From an uncultured Sandaracinaceae bacterium (GTDB lineage Bacteria; Myxococcota_A; Polyangia; Polyangiales; Sandaracinaceae): 64,000 nucleotides of DNA. Shown piece after piece: positions 20,106 through 30,899 of this stretch. The DNA is taken from positions 24,969-88,968 of the forward strand of contig CAZCVE010000014.1 of NCBI GenBank assembly GCA_964502175.1. The letters run 5' to 3'. A model generated the notes under the pieces. The model saw only the letters and a list, made by a program, of their open reading frames with translations. It did not search any database and was not told the origin of the DNA. The number at the start of each line of letters is the position of its first letter. Position 1 is the stretch's first letter. The position numbers and the translations under genes were made by a program.

Positions 20106-21293
20106 ATGCCGTTCGCGCTCCGCATCTCCTTTCTGCACGAAGGCGCCGCAAACCCGCCGGCAACACGAGTCATCGACGGTCTGCTCGCTCTCGACCCCGG
20201 CGCGTCGATCTCTGCGGCCGAATCTGGTCGCCTTGCGATCGCGGACGTGCCGGAGATCCGTCGCGACCTCGATCTCCTCCGTTCAGTCCACATCACGCTC
20301 GCGATTGCCCACGAGTCGTGTGCCGCCGAGCTCGAGCTCCTGCCGCAGGTCACGCTGACGATCGGTCGCTTGCCTGCCGCGATGTCGCTCGACGCTTGCA
20401 CCGCGCTGCTCGACGCCGCGTGCCGGTGGACCGCGGCGGACTTCGGCAGCGTGCAAGAGCTCGAAGAGACCATCGGCGCCGCAGGCTCTCTCGATTACCT
20501 GCGGCGCGCTGCAATCAACATCGCCGACGCGCGCTACGAGACGCTGGGGCCCGTCGCGCCGGGCGCGGCGACGCGTACGTCGGGTCGCGTGAGCGCACTG
20601 TGCAGCACACCGTGGGTCGCGAGCGACGGTCCGGGACGACCGACCCAGGCGGACTACCGCGCTTTCTGCGATTGTGGACTCGGTGCGCCCTGTTCGATCG
20701 TCGATGGACCTGTGGTGTTCGGACCACCGGCTGCCTGGCGTCCGCTCGCCGCCGTGCGCACCAAGCCACGCGCCGCCAGCGACGCGGCCGTCCTCTCCAC
20801 GCTGGCCGATACGGTCGACAGTCCGGACCCCGTCGATCTCGCGGACCTCGACGTCGCCGCCGGCACTTCACTGGTCGCGGCAGATCTGTCCAACGCGAGG
20901 CTGTGGTTTCTGGGCGTCGCCGACATCGTGCTCCGGTGGGTCGTGCTGGAGGACGCGCTGTTGCTCGAGTGTGGCTTCGAGCACTGTGACCTCCGAGGCG
21001 TCTCGGTCGCGAACGCGGTCGTCGACCAGACGCTGTTCACCGACTGTCGCCTCGACGGCATGGATGCCGAGGGCAGCACCTTCTCCGAGTGCCGCCTCGT
21101 CGGCTGCAAGCTCGTCGGCGCGTCGCTGAGTGGCGCGAAGGTCGACCGCACGCGTTTCGAGCACTGCGATCTGAGGAACGTCGACTTCGCCGACTCGACC
21201 CATCCCGGCAGCGAGTACGTCGCGTGCTCGCTCGACCCCGCCGCGCGTGCACACATCGTCGCGACCGGCGGTGCGGTGTTCGACCCGCCGTGA
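20106..21293 (+). CDS. pentapeptide-repeat protein (N-terminal unknown domain)
   Basis: C-terminal about 120 aa are tandem pentapeptide repeats (FEHCDLRGVSVANAVVDQTLFTDCRLDGMDAEGSTFSECRLVGCKLVGASLSGAKVDRTRFEHCDLRNVDF). Confidence 0.6.
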   Translation: MPFALRISFLHEGAANPPATRVIDGLLALDPGASISAAESGRLAIADVPEIRRDLDLLRSVHITLAIAHESCAAELELLPQVTLTIGRLPAAMSLDACTALLDAACRWTAADFGSVQELEETIGAAGSLDYLRRAAINIADARYETLGPVAPGAATRTSGRVSALCSTPWVASDGPGRPTQADYRAFCDCGLGAPCSIVDGPVVFGPPAAWRPLAAVRTKPRAASDAAVLSTLADTVDSPDPVDLADLDVAAGTSLVAADLSNARLWFLGVADIVLRWVVLEDALLLECGFEHCDLRGVSVANAVVDQTLFTDCRLDGMDAEGSTFSECRLVGCKLVGASLSGAKVDRTRFEHCDLRNVDFADSTHPGSEYVACSLDPAARAHIVATGGAVFDPP

Positions 21294-21329
21294 GTGGGCG
21301 CGTGCCGCGCCTCCGGATCTCGTCGTCGC

Positions 21330-21767
21330 TCAGCGCGCCGTGATCGACGCCGGGCCCGAGCGGCCCCACGCCACGAACGCTGCGAGGCCGCCGAGGACGG
21401 CGTTGACGGCGATCATCCCGAGCTCGCCGTAGAGGAGGTGCGTGCCCGAGGCGAGGACCATGACGGTCGCGAGGCCGGCGGCTGCGAGCGGGGTGAGCTT
21501 CGGCTGGATGCGCGTGATCGACGGGAGGATCAGGCCGAGCGCGCCGAAGACCTCGGCGGCGCCGATGAAGAGGATGAGCGCGCCGGGTGCGTCCGCGGCC
21601 CAGCGCATCTGTGCGCCCAGCGCCTCGTGAGGCGTCGTCAGCTTCATGAAGCCCGAGCCGAGGAACGCGAAGGCGAGCAGCGCCTGCACGACCCACAGGC
21701 CGATCGAGAGGCCGCGGGCGCCGGTGGAGGTTGACGATGCGGAAACGTTGGCGGTCGCGGTGGTCAT
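21330..21767 (-). CDS. DoxX-family membrane protein
   Basis: Four-TM profile with DoxX signature (AFAFLGSGFMKL...FIGAAEVFGALGLILP). Divergent from the LysR gene. Confidence 0.8.
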   Translation of the reverse strand: MTTATANVSASSTSTGARGLSIGLWVVQALLAFAFLGSGFMKLTTPHEALGAQMRWAADAPGALILFIGAAEVFGALGLILPSITRIQPKLTPLAAAGLATVMVLASGTHLLYGELGMIAVNAVLGGLAAFVAWGRSGPASITAR

Positions 21768-21836
21768 GGTGCGTTCCTCGTCGAAATGTGTGACTCAGCT
21801 ATGGCGCCGGGCGCCGAGGCCCACAAGACTCGCGGC

Positions 21837-22790
21837 ATGCGACACGAGGTTGCCAAATCGGAAACCATCGACACGGCCGCCCTCGGCCTCACGGACGTGC
21901 GCGCCTTCTGCGCCGTCGTGGATCTCGGCTCCGTCACGGGCGCCGCGAAGGTGCTCGGCGAGACGAAGGGCGCGGTGAGTCGTCGGCTCGCACGCCTCGA
22001 GGCCACGCTCGGGGTCTCGCTCCTGCGTCGGTCTCCGCGTCGCGTCGTGCCGACCGACGAAGGCCGGCTCTACCGCGCGCGCGCCGGGCAAGCGGTGGAG
22101 GCGTTCGACGACGCGGCGCGCGCGCTCGTCGACGCGCGCGACGTGCCTCGCGGTCTCCTGCGCGTCACGGCCCCGTCGGACCTGGGCGTGGGTCTCTTGC
22201 CCGAGCTGTGTGCGCGGTTCGCCGATCGCCATCCGGAGATCCGCATCGAGGTGCTCGCCAGCGACGCGCGCCTCGACCTCGACGCGCAGCACATCGACTG
22301 CGCGCTGCGTGTCGGCGCGCTCCGCGACTCGACGTTGAAGGTGCACAAGCTGCGCGACCTCCGCATCGGCGTGTACGCGAGCACTGCCTACCTGAAGGCG
22401 CACGGCACACCGAAGCGGCCCGAGGATCTCACCGCGCACCGCATCGCCGCGTACACGAACATGCCGCGCCCGCTCGAGCTGCCGTTCCGCCGCGGAGCGC
22501 ACACGACGCGCGTCTCGCTCGATCCCACCGTGCTCGGCGACGGCGCGTTCGTCCGCGAGGTGGTCGCGCACGGCGGCGCGCTCGCCTGCATGCCTGGGCT
22601 CGTCGGCGATCGAGACGTCACGGCCGGACGCCTCGTGCGTGTGCTGCCGGCCTACGAGGTCGACGTCTCCGCGCCGCTCTCGCTCCTCCACTCGGCCGGC
22701 GCGTTCGTGCCCGCGAAGATCAGGGCGTTTCGCGACTTCGTGATCGAAGAGCTCGGCCCTTCACGTCCTCCGCGCTCAACGCGTCGCTGA
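21837..22790 (+). CDS. LysR-family transcriptional regulator
   Basis: N-terminal wHTH (LTDVRAFCAVVDLGSVTGAAKVLGETKGAVSRRLARLE) plus LysR substrate-binding domain. Divergent from the DoxX gene. Confidence 0.85.
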   Translation: MRHEVAKSETIDTAALGLTDVRAFCAVVDLGSVTGAAKVLGETKGAVSRRLARLEATLGVSLLRRSPRRVVPTDEGRLYRARAGQAVEAFDDAARALVDARDVPRGLLRVTAPSDLGVGLLPELCARFADRHPEIRIEVLASDARLDLDAQHIDCALRVGALRDSTLKVHKLRDLRIGVYASTAYLKAHGTPKRPEDLTAHRIAAYTNMPRPLELPFRRGAHTTRVSLDPTVLGDGAFVREVVAHGGALACMPGLVGDRDVTAGRLVRVLPAYEVDVSAPLSLLHSAGAFVPAKIRAFRDFVIEELGPSRPPRSTRR

Positions 22791-22916
22791 CCGAGTGCGC
22801 GTGGTACGCGCGCTAGCCCGTCTTCCCTTCGGCGCGCCTGTCGTGGGTGACGAGGACTTCGGCAGCCAGAGAAACCATCGTGACCGACTGACGCTGGTCT
22901 GAAGTTCTGCGAGGAT

Positions 22917-24143
22917 GTGACCGTGTGGGCGAAGGCCAGACCTTGGTGGATCGCGGTGCTCGCAGGCTACGGGCTCTGCGTGAGCGCTCCGTTCATGTTT
23001 CTGTTCGGCGTTCCGGTGCTTTGGTTGCCGTGGCTCCTTCGCCGCATCTCCGACCATCGAGAGCCCGTCACCGAGGGATTTCGTGAGGTGGTCACGCGCG
23101 CTGCGCTCGTTCTGCCTGCGTGGGCGTTCCATCTCGCTTCGAGCCATGTCGCGCTGGTCTTCGCACGACAGGCGGGCCTGGCACCGTCGGGCCTCATTCC
23201 ATTCGCAGTGGGCGTCCTGGCCGGGCCTTTCGTGCTTCCGTGGTTCGGGGCCACCGGCTTGATGAAGTTGCCCATCGCTGACGGGGTCTCGCGGTCGTTC
23301 GATGCCTGGGACACGCGCGGCGCTCGCGACTGGATGCTGCACGGTCTGCTCGTCGGGCTCCTTCTCTCCTGGCCCTATGGTGTCTTCTCGCTCGGCGACG
23401 GCGTCGCCCTGCCATCGGGCATGCTGTCGCCCGGCGTGGAAGTCCTGCTCCTTCTTCTCGGAGTGTCCTGTGTGCCAGCGGCCGTGGGTATCGCCCTACG
23501 GTACGCAGCGGTGTCGACCCGGACCCCGCCCCGCGAAGTCATGGGGTCCGGTACGGGCACTCTCGTGGCTGCGCTCGGCGTCCTCGCCTCGGCAGCCTGG
23601 GTCGTCACCCTCGCGATCCTGTCGACCCCACGACTCTCGCGGCCAGCGCCGATATTGGCGTCCACGCTCGTCACCGTGATGCTCGCGCCGTTGGCGGCGT
23701 GGATCGTGTTGGCGATCATCACAGTCCTGCGTCGGCCGAAGGGGAGGCCGTTGGAACGCAGACCGGCGATCCTGCAAGGGACCCTCGTGGTTCGCGGCAT
23801 GACGGTTCTCGCGCGCGAGACCGTGGTGCTCCAGCTGGAGGATGGCTCTTCCATCGCGCTCGCCGAGGGCGAGTCGGTTGCCGCGGGCTACTTCCTCGTC
23901 GACACGCTGCCGTCGGGTTCATCCATCGAGCTGTGGGTCGAACCGGGCATGTCCGAGGTCGCGTTCCGCAGCGCGACGGCGCGCAGCGCCATCGTTGGAC
24001 TGCATCCACCGAGCCCGCGAGTCGCGACGCCTGTCTCTCGCGTTCCCTCCCCCTGGTTGCCCGCGCAGCACGCCGTCATGCTGATCACCTGCGCGTGGAT
24101 CTGGTCGCAAGTCTGGTTGTTCGAGAACATCGGAGCTCGGTGA
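22917..24143 (+). CDS. hypothetical polytopic membrane protein
   Basis: Multiple hydrophobic helices; no motif. Its 3' end overlaps by about 58 nt the convergent minus-strand gene ending at 24085. Confidence 0.45.
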   Translation: MTVWAKARPWWIAVLAGYGLCVSAPFMFLFGVPVLWLPWLLRRISDHREPVTEGFREVVTRAALVLPAWAFHLASSHVALVFARQAGLAPSGLIPFAVGVLAGPFVLPWFGATGLMKLPIADGVSRSFDAWDTRGARDWMLHGLLVGLLLSWPYGVFSLGDGVALPSGMLSPGVEVLLLLLGVSCVPAAVGIALRYAAVSTRTPPREVMGSGTGTLVAALGVLASAAWVVTLAILSTPRLSRPAPILASTLVTVMLAPLAAWIVLAIITVLRRPKGRPLERRPAILQGTLVVRGMTVLARETVVLQLEDGSSIALAEGESVAAGYFLVDTLPSGSSIELWVEPGMSEVAFRSATARSAIVGLHPPSPRVATPVSRVPSPWLPAQHAVMLITCAWIWSQVWLFENIGAR

Positions 24144-24675
24144 TCCCCCGCGATGTCGCGTTGGCTGCGCGACGACGCGTCACCGCCGCTGTCGCCAGCG
24201 TCGCACCGAGGAGGAGGACGGCGAGCGGGACGGAGGGTCTGCCGTGTGACGCGGAGCAGCCGAGGAGCGGCGGCTCGTACGGATGCGCCGTCCATCGACG
24301 CGCGGTGGGGTCCCACGCTTGGGTGGTGACGGTGGGCTCGCACTGTCGTCGCGTCGCGCACGTGCCTTCCGTGCACGCGCCGCCTGCGCCGCAGAGGCCG
24401 ATCGGCACGTCGCGCATGGCCGAGTCGTCGGCGAGCCGGCCACCGCTCGGGCTCACCTCGCGGGGTGCCCAGCACTCCGCGATCTCGCGACACGCCGCGC
24501 GCGCGCCGCACTGTACGTCGGCCCTGCACGCGCGCGGCACGCAGACCTCGGAGTGCCCGGAGATCGCGACGTCGAGGCCCGGCGGACAGTCCCCCTCGAC
24601 CGGCATGATCGCATCGGCGCGCGCGAGCGTCGGGACAACCATGCCGAGCGCGAGGACGAGAAAGAGTCGAGTCAT
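24085..24675 (-). CDS. secreted Cys-containing hypothetical protein with C-terminal hydrophobic anchor (last gene of the flotillin/ATPase operon)
   Basis: Start MTRLFLVLALGMVVPTLARA (signal peptide) at the complement of 24673-24675. Multiple Cys. C-terminal hydrophobic stretch LAVLLLGATLATAAV. Confidence 0.45.
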   Translation of the reverse strand: MTRLFLVLALGMVVPTLARADAIMPVEGDCPPGLDVAISGHSEVCVPRACRADVQCGARAACREIAECWAPREVSPSGGRLADDSAMRDVPIGLCGAGGACTEGTCATRRQCEPTVTTQAWDPTARRWTAHPYEPPLLGCSASHGRPSVPLAVLLLGATLATAAVTRRRAANATSRGITELRCSRTTRLATRSTRR

Positions 24676-24721
24676 GGTCGAGAGGCTAATCGGTGTTCGC
24701 CGTCCATGCGCGCCCCAGTCG

Positions 24722-25546
24722 TCAGCGCGCCACCAACTCGGCACCGGTTCGTTCGAGCGTGAGCGTCGAGAGTCGCCGCACGCGCAGCGGTCCGACCGTC
24801 TCGTCCGTGAAAGCCTCGGCGACCACGCGGTATCGCGTGGGAAGATGGAGCGCGGCGAGCTGGTGGAAGAGCGGCACGCGGACCCGGCCGCGGGGCGGGA
24901 TGAGCACCGGGTCCGGCAGCCAGTAACCGTGACCCGGCCAGCCGACGACCTGGGGTGGGATCCAGCCGCCTGCATACCAACTCTCCAGTTGGGCCGTCGC
25001 GCTGATCGCCGCACGACGTCGATTGACGAGAAATAGGCCCTGCGGTTGTCCGGGGAGGATGGCCAGGCCGTCACGCGGCGCCTCGAGCTCCAGGCGAAGT
25101 CCCGTCGTGGGACCATGGAGGACGAGGCGCGGATCGCCCACCGCGGTGCTCGCATCGATGGCCTGCTCCCGTCCGTCGAACGCCACGCGCGCGTGCCACG
25201 ACCATTCCTGACAGCGGAGCTCGACGTCGTGCGTGCCGCGTGGCCACGCGCCTCGAACGCTGCATTGGGCTCGAGGTCCACTGCACGAGGCGAGTGGCCG
25301 ACTCTCGGTGCCGACTCGCAGTGTGAGCACTGCAGCCTCGTACTCCTCCGGCCCAACGGAGCGCCTTGACGGCGGCGGCTCGCAGTACCGCGGGTTCCTC
25401 CGCGGGCCGCGGATCGGGTCCTCGGCTTCTGACTGCGCGTGTGAACGGGGAGCGGGATCGACGAGCCCCGCGAGGGTCGCGAGGAGGAACGCCGCGAATG
25501 GAACGGTCGATCGCACGCGTCTGGGACACTCCGACCGCGCGGCCAT
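24722..25546 (-). CDS. secreted hypothetical protein (translationally coupled to the giant ATPase)
   Basis: ATG (complement of 25544-25546) lies 7 nt after the ATPase stop (25554-25556). Signal peptide VPFAAFLLATLAGLV...AQS. Confidence 0.5.
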   Translation of the reverse strand: MAARSECPRRVRSTVPFAAFLLATLAGLVDPAPRSHAQSEAEDPIRGPRRNPRYCEPPPSRRSVGPEEYEAAVLTLRVGTESRPLASCSGPRAQCSVRGAWPRGTHDVELRCQEWSWHARVAFDGREQAIDASTAVGDPRLVLHGPTTGLRLELEAPRDGLAILPGQPQGLFLVNRRRAAISATAQLESWYAGGWIPPQVVGWPGHGYWLPDPVLIPPRGRVRVPLFHQLAALHLPTRYRVVAEAFTDETVGPLRVRRLSTLTLERTGAELVAR

Positions 25547-25553
25547 TGGGTGG

Positions 25554-28500
25554 TCAGCCGCGGAGGCGGAGGTCGATCTTCTTCAGGAGATCCAAGAGCT
25601 GGATCATGTGCTCGTGGAGGGAGTGTGCGTCTTCGAGGTTCTTCGCGGCGCTCTGGACGAGCGGGACGAGCGTCTGCTCCGTCAGCGCGACTTGGTGCGA
25701 GAGCATCTCTGCGTAGCCGCGCGGCGGCTCGACGGTGACGTTCACCTCGGGCTTGCCCAGGCCCGAGAGTGAGCGATTGAGCTCCGCGAGGCTCTCGGCC
25801 AGCCACGGCGGTGCGTTCTTGTCGCGGCCGTCCGTGAGCGCCGCGCGCGTGACTTCGCCCTGTAGCTTCGCCGTCTCGGAGAGCGCGAGGATCATGTCCT
25901 TGCGGTCCTTCTCGGCGACGTCGGCGCGCGACACCGCTTGGGCCAGCGCGACCTTGATCTCGTCGAGGTTCTGGCCGAGCACGCTCAAGGTGCCAGTGAC
26001 CCGCGCGACCGGATCGTCGTCGCCCGAGCCCATGGTCTTGCGGCGCTTGAACTCGGCCTTGATCTCCGCCCAGCGCGTCTTCTGCACGTCGCTCATCCGC
26101 TGACGAAGGTCTGCGAGCTTGAGCAGGTTCTGCTCGCCACCGACCGTGAGCGTCTGCGACTCACCGCGGTAGTGATCGTCGATCAGCCGCTCGAGCTCGT
26201 CGTCGTTCATGGCGGCGACGACCTTGCCGGCCATCTTCGTCATGTTTCGATAGCTGCCTTGCAGCTTGAACGGCGGCTCCGTGCGATAGGCGTCTTCCTG
26301 ACTGGCGCTCAGGATGTACTCGGCGTTCACCTTCAGGAGCACGTCGCGCACGCGGAAGAGACGCTGGAGCACGGTCGTGATCTCGGAGAGCTCGGCGCCC
26401 GAATAGCCGTGCTCGAGCTCCGTCGTCGCGATCTGCTCGCCCATCGCGATGCGCAGGATCTTGTCGACGTCCTTGGCGCTCCGCGTCGCGAGCGGCGACA
26501 GCACCGAGTTCGAGGTCAGGCAGTTCTCGACGTAGCTGAGCGCGAACGCGTCGATCTTGCCCTCGAGCACCTCACCCAGGTTGTAGGTGTCGGCGCGGTT
26601 CGCGAGCATGTCGGGGATGCGGAACTTCTCACCCGTCTCGGTGTACGGATTGCCCGCCATCACGACGCAGAACTTCTTGCCGCGCAGGTCGTACGTGCGC
26701 GTCTTTCCGTTCCAGATGCCCTCCATCCTGCGCTGCGCGTCGCACATCGAGATGAACTGCTGGAGCAGCTCCGAGCTCGTGTGCTGGATGTCGTCGAGAT
26801 AGAGCATCACGTTGTTGCCCATCTCGAGCGCGAGGTTGATCTTCTCGACCTCTTGGCGTGACGTCGCGTTGGGCGCTTGTGCGGGATCGACCGAGCGCAC
26901 CTCGTGACCGAGGGAAGGTCCGTTGACCTTCACGAAGACGAGGCCCAGGCGATTGGCCACGTACTCCATGAGCGTCGTCTTGCCGTAGCCGGGCGGCGAC
27001 ACGAGCAAGAGAAGACCCATCGTGTCGGTGCGCTTGCCCTCGCCGAGCGCGCCGAGCTGCTTGCTCAGGTTGTCACCGACCATCGGCAGGTAGACCTGAT
27101 CGACGAGCCGATTGCGCACGAACGAGGCCATCGGCTTGGCCTTGAGCTCGTCGAGGCGCAGGCGCTTTCGCTCGCGCTCGAGGATCGTGTGGCGCAGCTC
27201 GCGGTACGCGCGGAAGCCCGGCACGTGGTGCGTGCGGTACGCGAAGAGCCGTGAGAGCAGCTCGTCGAGGCGCAGCCCGAGCTTTCGATCCGTGATGCGC
27301 GGGTGCTGACCGAAGAGCTCGCGCACCTCGGCTTGAACGAGCGCGTGCACCACCTCGCGGTCGAGCTTGCGATCCGTCGCGACGAGCACGCTCGCCTCGA
27401 GCTCCGCGTGCGCGAGCTCCGGAGAGCGCTGGGCGACGCCGCGCATCCAGGCGCGCACGAGCGCGAGGCGCGCGCGCGCATCGCCCTCGAGGGCGCGGAG
27501 GTCGTCGTCGAACGCGCGGCGCGCGCCGGAGACGTCGAGGTGCGCCTTGAGCGCCTCGGCGAGCTGCTCGGCAGACGCGCTCGTCGCGAAGCGCACGGGC
27601 TCCTTGGCGAGCTCTTCGACGAGGTACGCGGCGGCGACGCGCGCGTCGGCGACGTCGGCGGGGATCTCGAGCGCTTCGGCGTTCTTGGTGATCGCGATCG
27701 CCAGCTCGTCCGCGAGCTGCGAGAGACCCGACGCGTCGGACGTCGTCGCGCGCAGACGCCCGAGGCTCGCCGCGCGCCGCGCGAGCAGCGTCTTGGTCGA
27801 CGCCTCGAGCAGGCCACTGCCCGCAGGTGATCCCGAAGCTGCGAAGCCGAACGCCCAGAACGCGCACGCGATGGCGCGAGGCGTCGCCGCGAAGCGCAGG
27901 AGCCCGGCAGACGCGCGGAGCGTGAGGACCTGCCCGAGGATCTTCACCGCGTCCGCGTCGTGGACGCCGCGGTCGTAGCCCTCGTCGTAGCGGGGCTGCG
28001 CGTAGCTGCGCACGAGCTCGAGGAAGGCAGCCTCTTCGCGCTGCGCCTCCGTGAGCTTCGCGATCGTGAGGCCGCTCTTGCCCTCTTCGGCGTCGAACAA
28101 GATCGAGGCCGCGAGGTACTCGCCTCGGTAGACGTCCTGGGTCTCGCTCACGAGCGACTGCGTCCAGTACGGCTTGGCGGCCCGGAGCGCGGGATCGTCG
28201 ATCGGCTCGAAGAAGTCGGTGCCCGTGAGGTGCAGCGCGAGCGTCGTCTCCGCGTCGTCACCCACGGTACGGGGCACGATCGTGATCTCGAGCGGCTGGT
28301 TGTTGACCGAGAACTTGTGACGCCCGAGGCGGACGACGCTGTCGCCCTCTTCGAAGAGATCGAGCTTGTCGCGGAGCGCGCGGAGGGCGTTGCTGCGCGC
28401 AGCCTTGCCCTTGCCATCGACCTCGTCCGCGCGGACCGTGTCGCCGATGCCGCGGAGCTGCTCTGCGATCTGGCGGAGCTTGCTGACCATCGCGTCCGAC

Positions 28501-30893
28501 GCGAAGTAGGCGTTGAGCTCGTCTTCGGTCTTGAACGTGCGCGAGCGACGGCCGACGCCTTCGAGGATGCGCTCGGCCGCCGACGTGAGCGACTGCGCGC
28601 GCTTCTGACGTTCTTCGAGGAGCTGCTGCTTCTTCGCGCCGAGGGCGTCCGAGATCTCCTCGCGCTTCTTGGCGAGCTCGAGCACGAACTCGTCGAGCTC
28701 GCCGAACTTGGCCTCGATCTCTTCGAGCGACACGAGCAGCCGCGCGAGCTCGGCGTCGCACTTCTCGGGGCTGTCGGCCACGGCGAGCGAGCTGCTCACG
28801 CTCTGCCCGAGCAGCTTCATCTGCGCGCCGAACGACGCGCGACCCTCGATCGCCGCGAGCTCGCGTCGTCGCGCCTCGAGCACGGCGCGCACGCGGTTCT
28901 GCTTCGCGAAGACGTCGCCGATGTTCTCGAGGATGCGGGCGCGCTGCACCGGATCGTCCACCTCGAGGCCGCCCACGACCTCCGAGAGCACCGTGAGCCC
29001 TGCGCCGACGCGCTCGAGCTCTTCGTGGAGCGGGCGCGCGTCGACGGTCTTCTCGACCTTCGTGATGCCCTGATCGATCTCGTCGAGCTTCTGCGAGACG
29101 GGCACGAGCGCCTCGGCGCCCGAGAGGAACGCCACGCAGGCCACGGAGACCTTCTCTTGATCGGCGATCGTCGCCTTCTCGAGCGCGTCGACCGCGGCGA
29201 GATCGACGTAGCGGATCTCGCGCACGCTCACGAGCTGCCCGCGCTGCCCGCGCAGCGACGTGAGCGCGCCCATGAAGTCGTCGACCGAGCGCATGTCCTC
29301 GGGACGCGTCTTGCGCACGAGCTCGTCGCGCGCCTTCTTCGCCGACTCGAGCGCGTCCGTCGCGCGCTTCTTCATCGCGAGGACCTTCTCGAGCTCGTCG
29401 ATCACGAGCTCGGCGGTCTTCTTCACCTCGAAGATGGCGCTCTTGAGGTCGAACGCGTCTTTGCTGCCGACCCAGTGGTACGCGTCCGAGACGCGCTCCG
29501 CGTTCTTGACGATCTCTTCGTAGGTCGAGCGAACGAGCTCGGCCTTCTGCGCCATCTTCGCGATCGAGTACGTGTCGGAGATGCCGCGCACGAGCTCGGC
29601 GTTGCCGACCTTCGAGAGGAACGAGCCGTCCGTCTCGGCCTCGGCGGCGTGCTCGGCCGACGTGTACGGCGTGCGCCAGATCTGCACCGGATGGATGCGC
29701 GACGGCTCTTCGGACGCGGAGCGAAAGACCACCAGCGTGCCGTCGTTGAAGAGCGACATGCCGTGGCAGACGATCGGCGTGGCGACCTCTTTGCGGATCA
29801 GGTTGTACGAGAGCAGCTGATAGAGGCCCTGATCGCGGCGGTGGTAGACGAACAGCACGTCTTCGCCGTTCGGAGACTTGATGACGCGAAAGAGCTCGAG
29901 ACCCTCGACGTGCTTGTCGAAGACCTTTCCTTCGCCGACGTCGAGGTAGTAGCCGCCGGGGAACACGATGCCGTGGTCCTCGGGCAGCTGACGACAGCTC
30001 TGGCCGATCGCGTCGATGCGCAGCACCTCTTTGGTGCGGCGGTTGAAGACCAGGTAGCGAGTCTTGGTCTCGCGGTAGGGCTTCATCGACAGGAGGATCA
30101 AGCCGCCCACGACGGCGTACTTGATCTCCGCGTCGTCGAGGGCTTGGTTCGGATCCTCGACCTGCTCGGCGTAGATGCCTTGTCCGGTCTCGGTGTTGTC
30201 CTCGATCTTGATGGTCAGATCGCCGTGGATCGTCTCGACGAAGAGCTCGTCTTCGATCGACACGTGCGGATGCCGACCCGTGCGCTGCTGATCGCGGCCG
30301 ACGACCTTCCACTCGAAGTCGAACGGGCTCGGAAAGACGTGATCGCGGTCGCCGCGCTCGTCGAGGTAGGCGACCTGACCGGCGGCGTCGACGCTCCACC
30401 GGAGCACGCGCTGATCACCGAGGGTCGCGCCCGTCTGGAAGATCGCGAGGATGCGATCGCTCTCGACGCGGACCTGGAGGAGCTTGGTCTCCTTGTAGTA
30501 CCGGAAGAGATCCCCGAACTCCTTGAGGAAGCGCGGATCGTCGAGGAAGCCGGGGATCGTGGTGCGCGGGACCTCGGAGAGATCCCACGCGCCGTCGTCC
30601 GTCTTCACGAAGCGGTGGAGCGACAGGACGTCGTGGACCTGGGTCTCCGCGCGCAGGCCGAGGAAGACCTTGTAGCCCATGACCAGCGTGCCTCGGAACG
30701 ACACGAGGTCGCGCGGCACGCAGTTGTTCTCCGTGCGCACGCGCTCGTTCGCGACGATCGCGAGCTCCGAGCCGCCAAACGTCTTCTTGCGCGCCTCGTC
30801 GAGGAGACCCGTGCGCTCGACGAGCGCCTTCGCCTGCTCGTCGAGACGACGGCGAAGGATCTCGTAGTTGCCCTGATCGATCTGCTCAGCCAC
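25554..30893 (-). CDS. giant (1779 aa) AAA+ ATPase with extended coiled-coil regions (MoxR/McrB-like AAA motifs)
   Basis: Walker A LLLVSPPGYGKTTLMEYV, Walker B MLYLDDIQH, sensor-1 CVVMAGNPYTE. Long Glu/Arg/Ala-rich helical segments. GTG start (complement of 30891-30893) 6 nt after the flotillin stop. Confidence 0.8.
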   Translation of the reverse strand: MAEQIDQGNYEILRRRLDEQAKALVERTGLLDEARKKTFGGSELAIVANERVRTENNCVPRDLVSFRGTLVMGYKVFLGLRAETQVHDVLSLHRFVKTDDGAWDLSEVPRTTIPGFLDDPRFLKEFGDLFRYYKETKLLQVRVESDRILAIFQTGATLGDQRVLRWSVDAAGQVAYLDERGDRDHVFPSPFDFEWKVVGRDQQRTGRHPHVSIEDELFVETIHGDLTIKIEDNTETGQGIYAEQVEDPNQALDDAEIKYAVVGGLILLSMKPYRETKTRYLVFNRRTKEVLRIDAIGQSCRQLPEDHGIVFPGGYYLDVGEGKVFDKHVEGLELFRVIKSPNGEDVLFVYHRRDQGLYQLLSYNLIRKEVATPIVCHGMSLFNDGTLVVFRSASEEPSRIHPVQIWRTPYTSAEHAAEAETDGSFLSKVGNAELVRGISDTYSIAKMAQKAELVRSTYEEIVKNAERVSDAYHWVGSKDAFDLKSAIFEVKKTAELVIDELEKVLAMKKRATDALESAKKARDELVRKTRPEDMRSVDDFMGALTSLRGQRGQLVSVREIRYVDLAAVDALEKATIADQEKVSVACVAFLSGAEALVPVSQKLDEIDQGITKVEKTVDARPLHEELERVGAGLTVLSEVVGGLEVDDPVQRARILENIGDVFAKQNRVRAVLEARRRELAAIEGRASFGAQMKLLGQSVSSSLAVADSPEKCDAELARLLVSLEEIEAKFGELDEFVLELAKKREEISDALGAKKQQLLEERQKRAQSLTSAAERILEGVGRRSRTFKTEDELNAYFASDAMVSKLRQIAEQLRGIGDTVRADEVDGKGKAARSNALRALRDKLDLFEEGDSVVRLGRHKFSVNNQPLEITIVPRTVGDDAETTLALHLTGTDFFEPIDDPALRAAKPYWTQSLVSETQDVYRGEYLAASILFDAEEGKSGLTIAKLTEAQREEAAFLELVRSYAQPRYDEGYDRGVHDADAVKILGQVLTLRASAGLLRFAATPRAIACAFWAFGFAASGSPAGSGLLEASTKTLLARRAASLGRLRATTSDASGLSQLADELAIAITKNAEALEIPADVADARVAAAYLVEELAKEPVRFATSASAEQLAEALKAHLDVSGARRAFDDDLRALEGDARARLALVRAWMRGVAQRSPELAHAELEASVLVATDRKLDREVVHALVQAEVRELFGQHPRITDRKLGLRLDELLSRLFAYRTHHVPGFRAYRELRHTILERERKRLRLDELKAKPMASFVRNRLVDQVYLPMVGDNLSKQLGALGEGKRTDTMGLLLLVSPPGYGKTTLMEYVANRLGLVFVKVNGPSLGHEVRSVDPAQAPNATSRQEVEKINLALEMGNNVMLYLDDIQHTSSELLQQFISMCDAQRRMEGIWNGKTRTYDLRGKKFCVVMAGNPYTETGEKFRIPDMLANRADTYNLGEVLEGKIDAFALSYVENCLTSNSVLSPLATRSAKDVDKILRIAMGEQIATTELEHGYSGAELSEITTVLQRLFRVRDVLLKVNAEYILSASQEDAYRTEPPFKLQGSYRNMTKMAGKVVAAMNDDELERLIDDHYRGESQTLTVGGEQNLLKLADLRQRMSDVQKTRWAEIKAEFKRRKTMGSGDDDPVARVTGTLSVLGQNLDEIKVALAQAVSRADVAEKDRKDMILALSETAKLQGEVTRAALTDGRDKNAPPWLAESLAELNRSLSGLGKPEVNVTVEPPRGYAEMLSHQVALTEQTLVPLVQSAAKNLEDAHSLHEHMIQLLDLLKKIDLRLRG

Positions 30894-30899
30894 CGCGGC

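Noticed and set aside
22917-24143. Possible horizontally acquired island around the membrane protein gene (slightly lower apparent GC)
   Set aside because: The GC dip is modest and there is no flanking tRNA, integrase or direct repeat. Kept as an ordinary hypothetical membrane protein.
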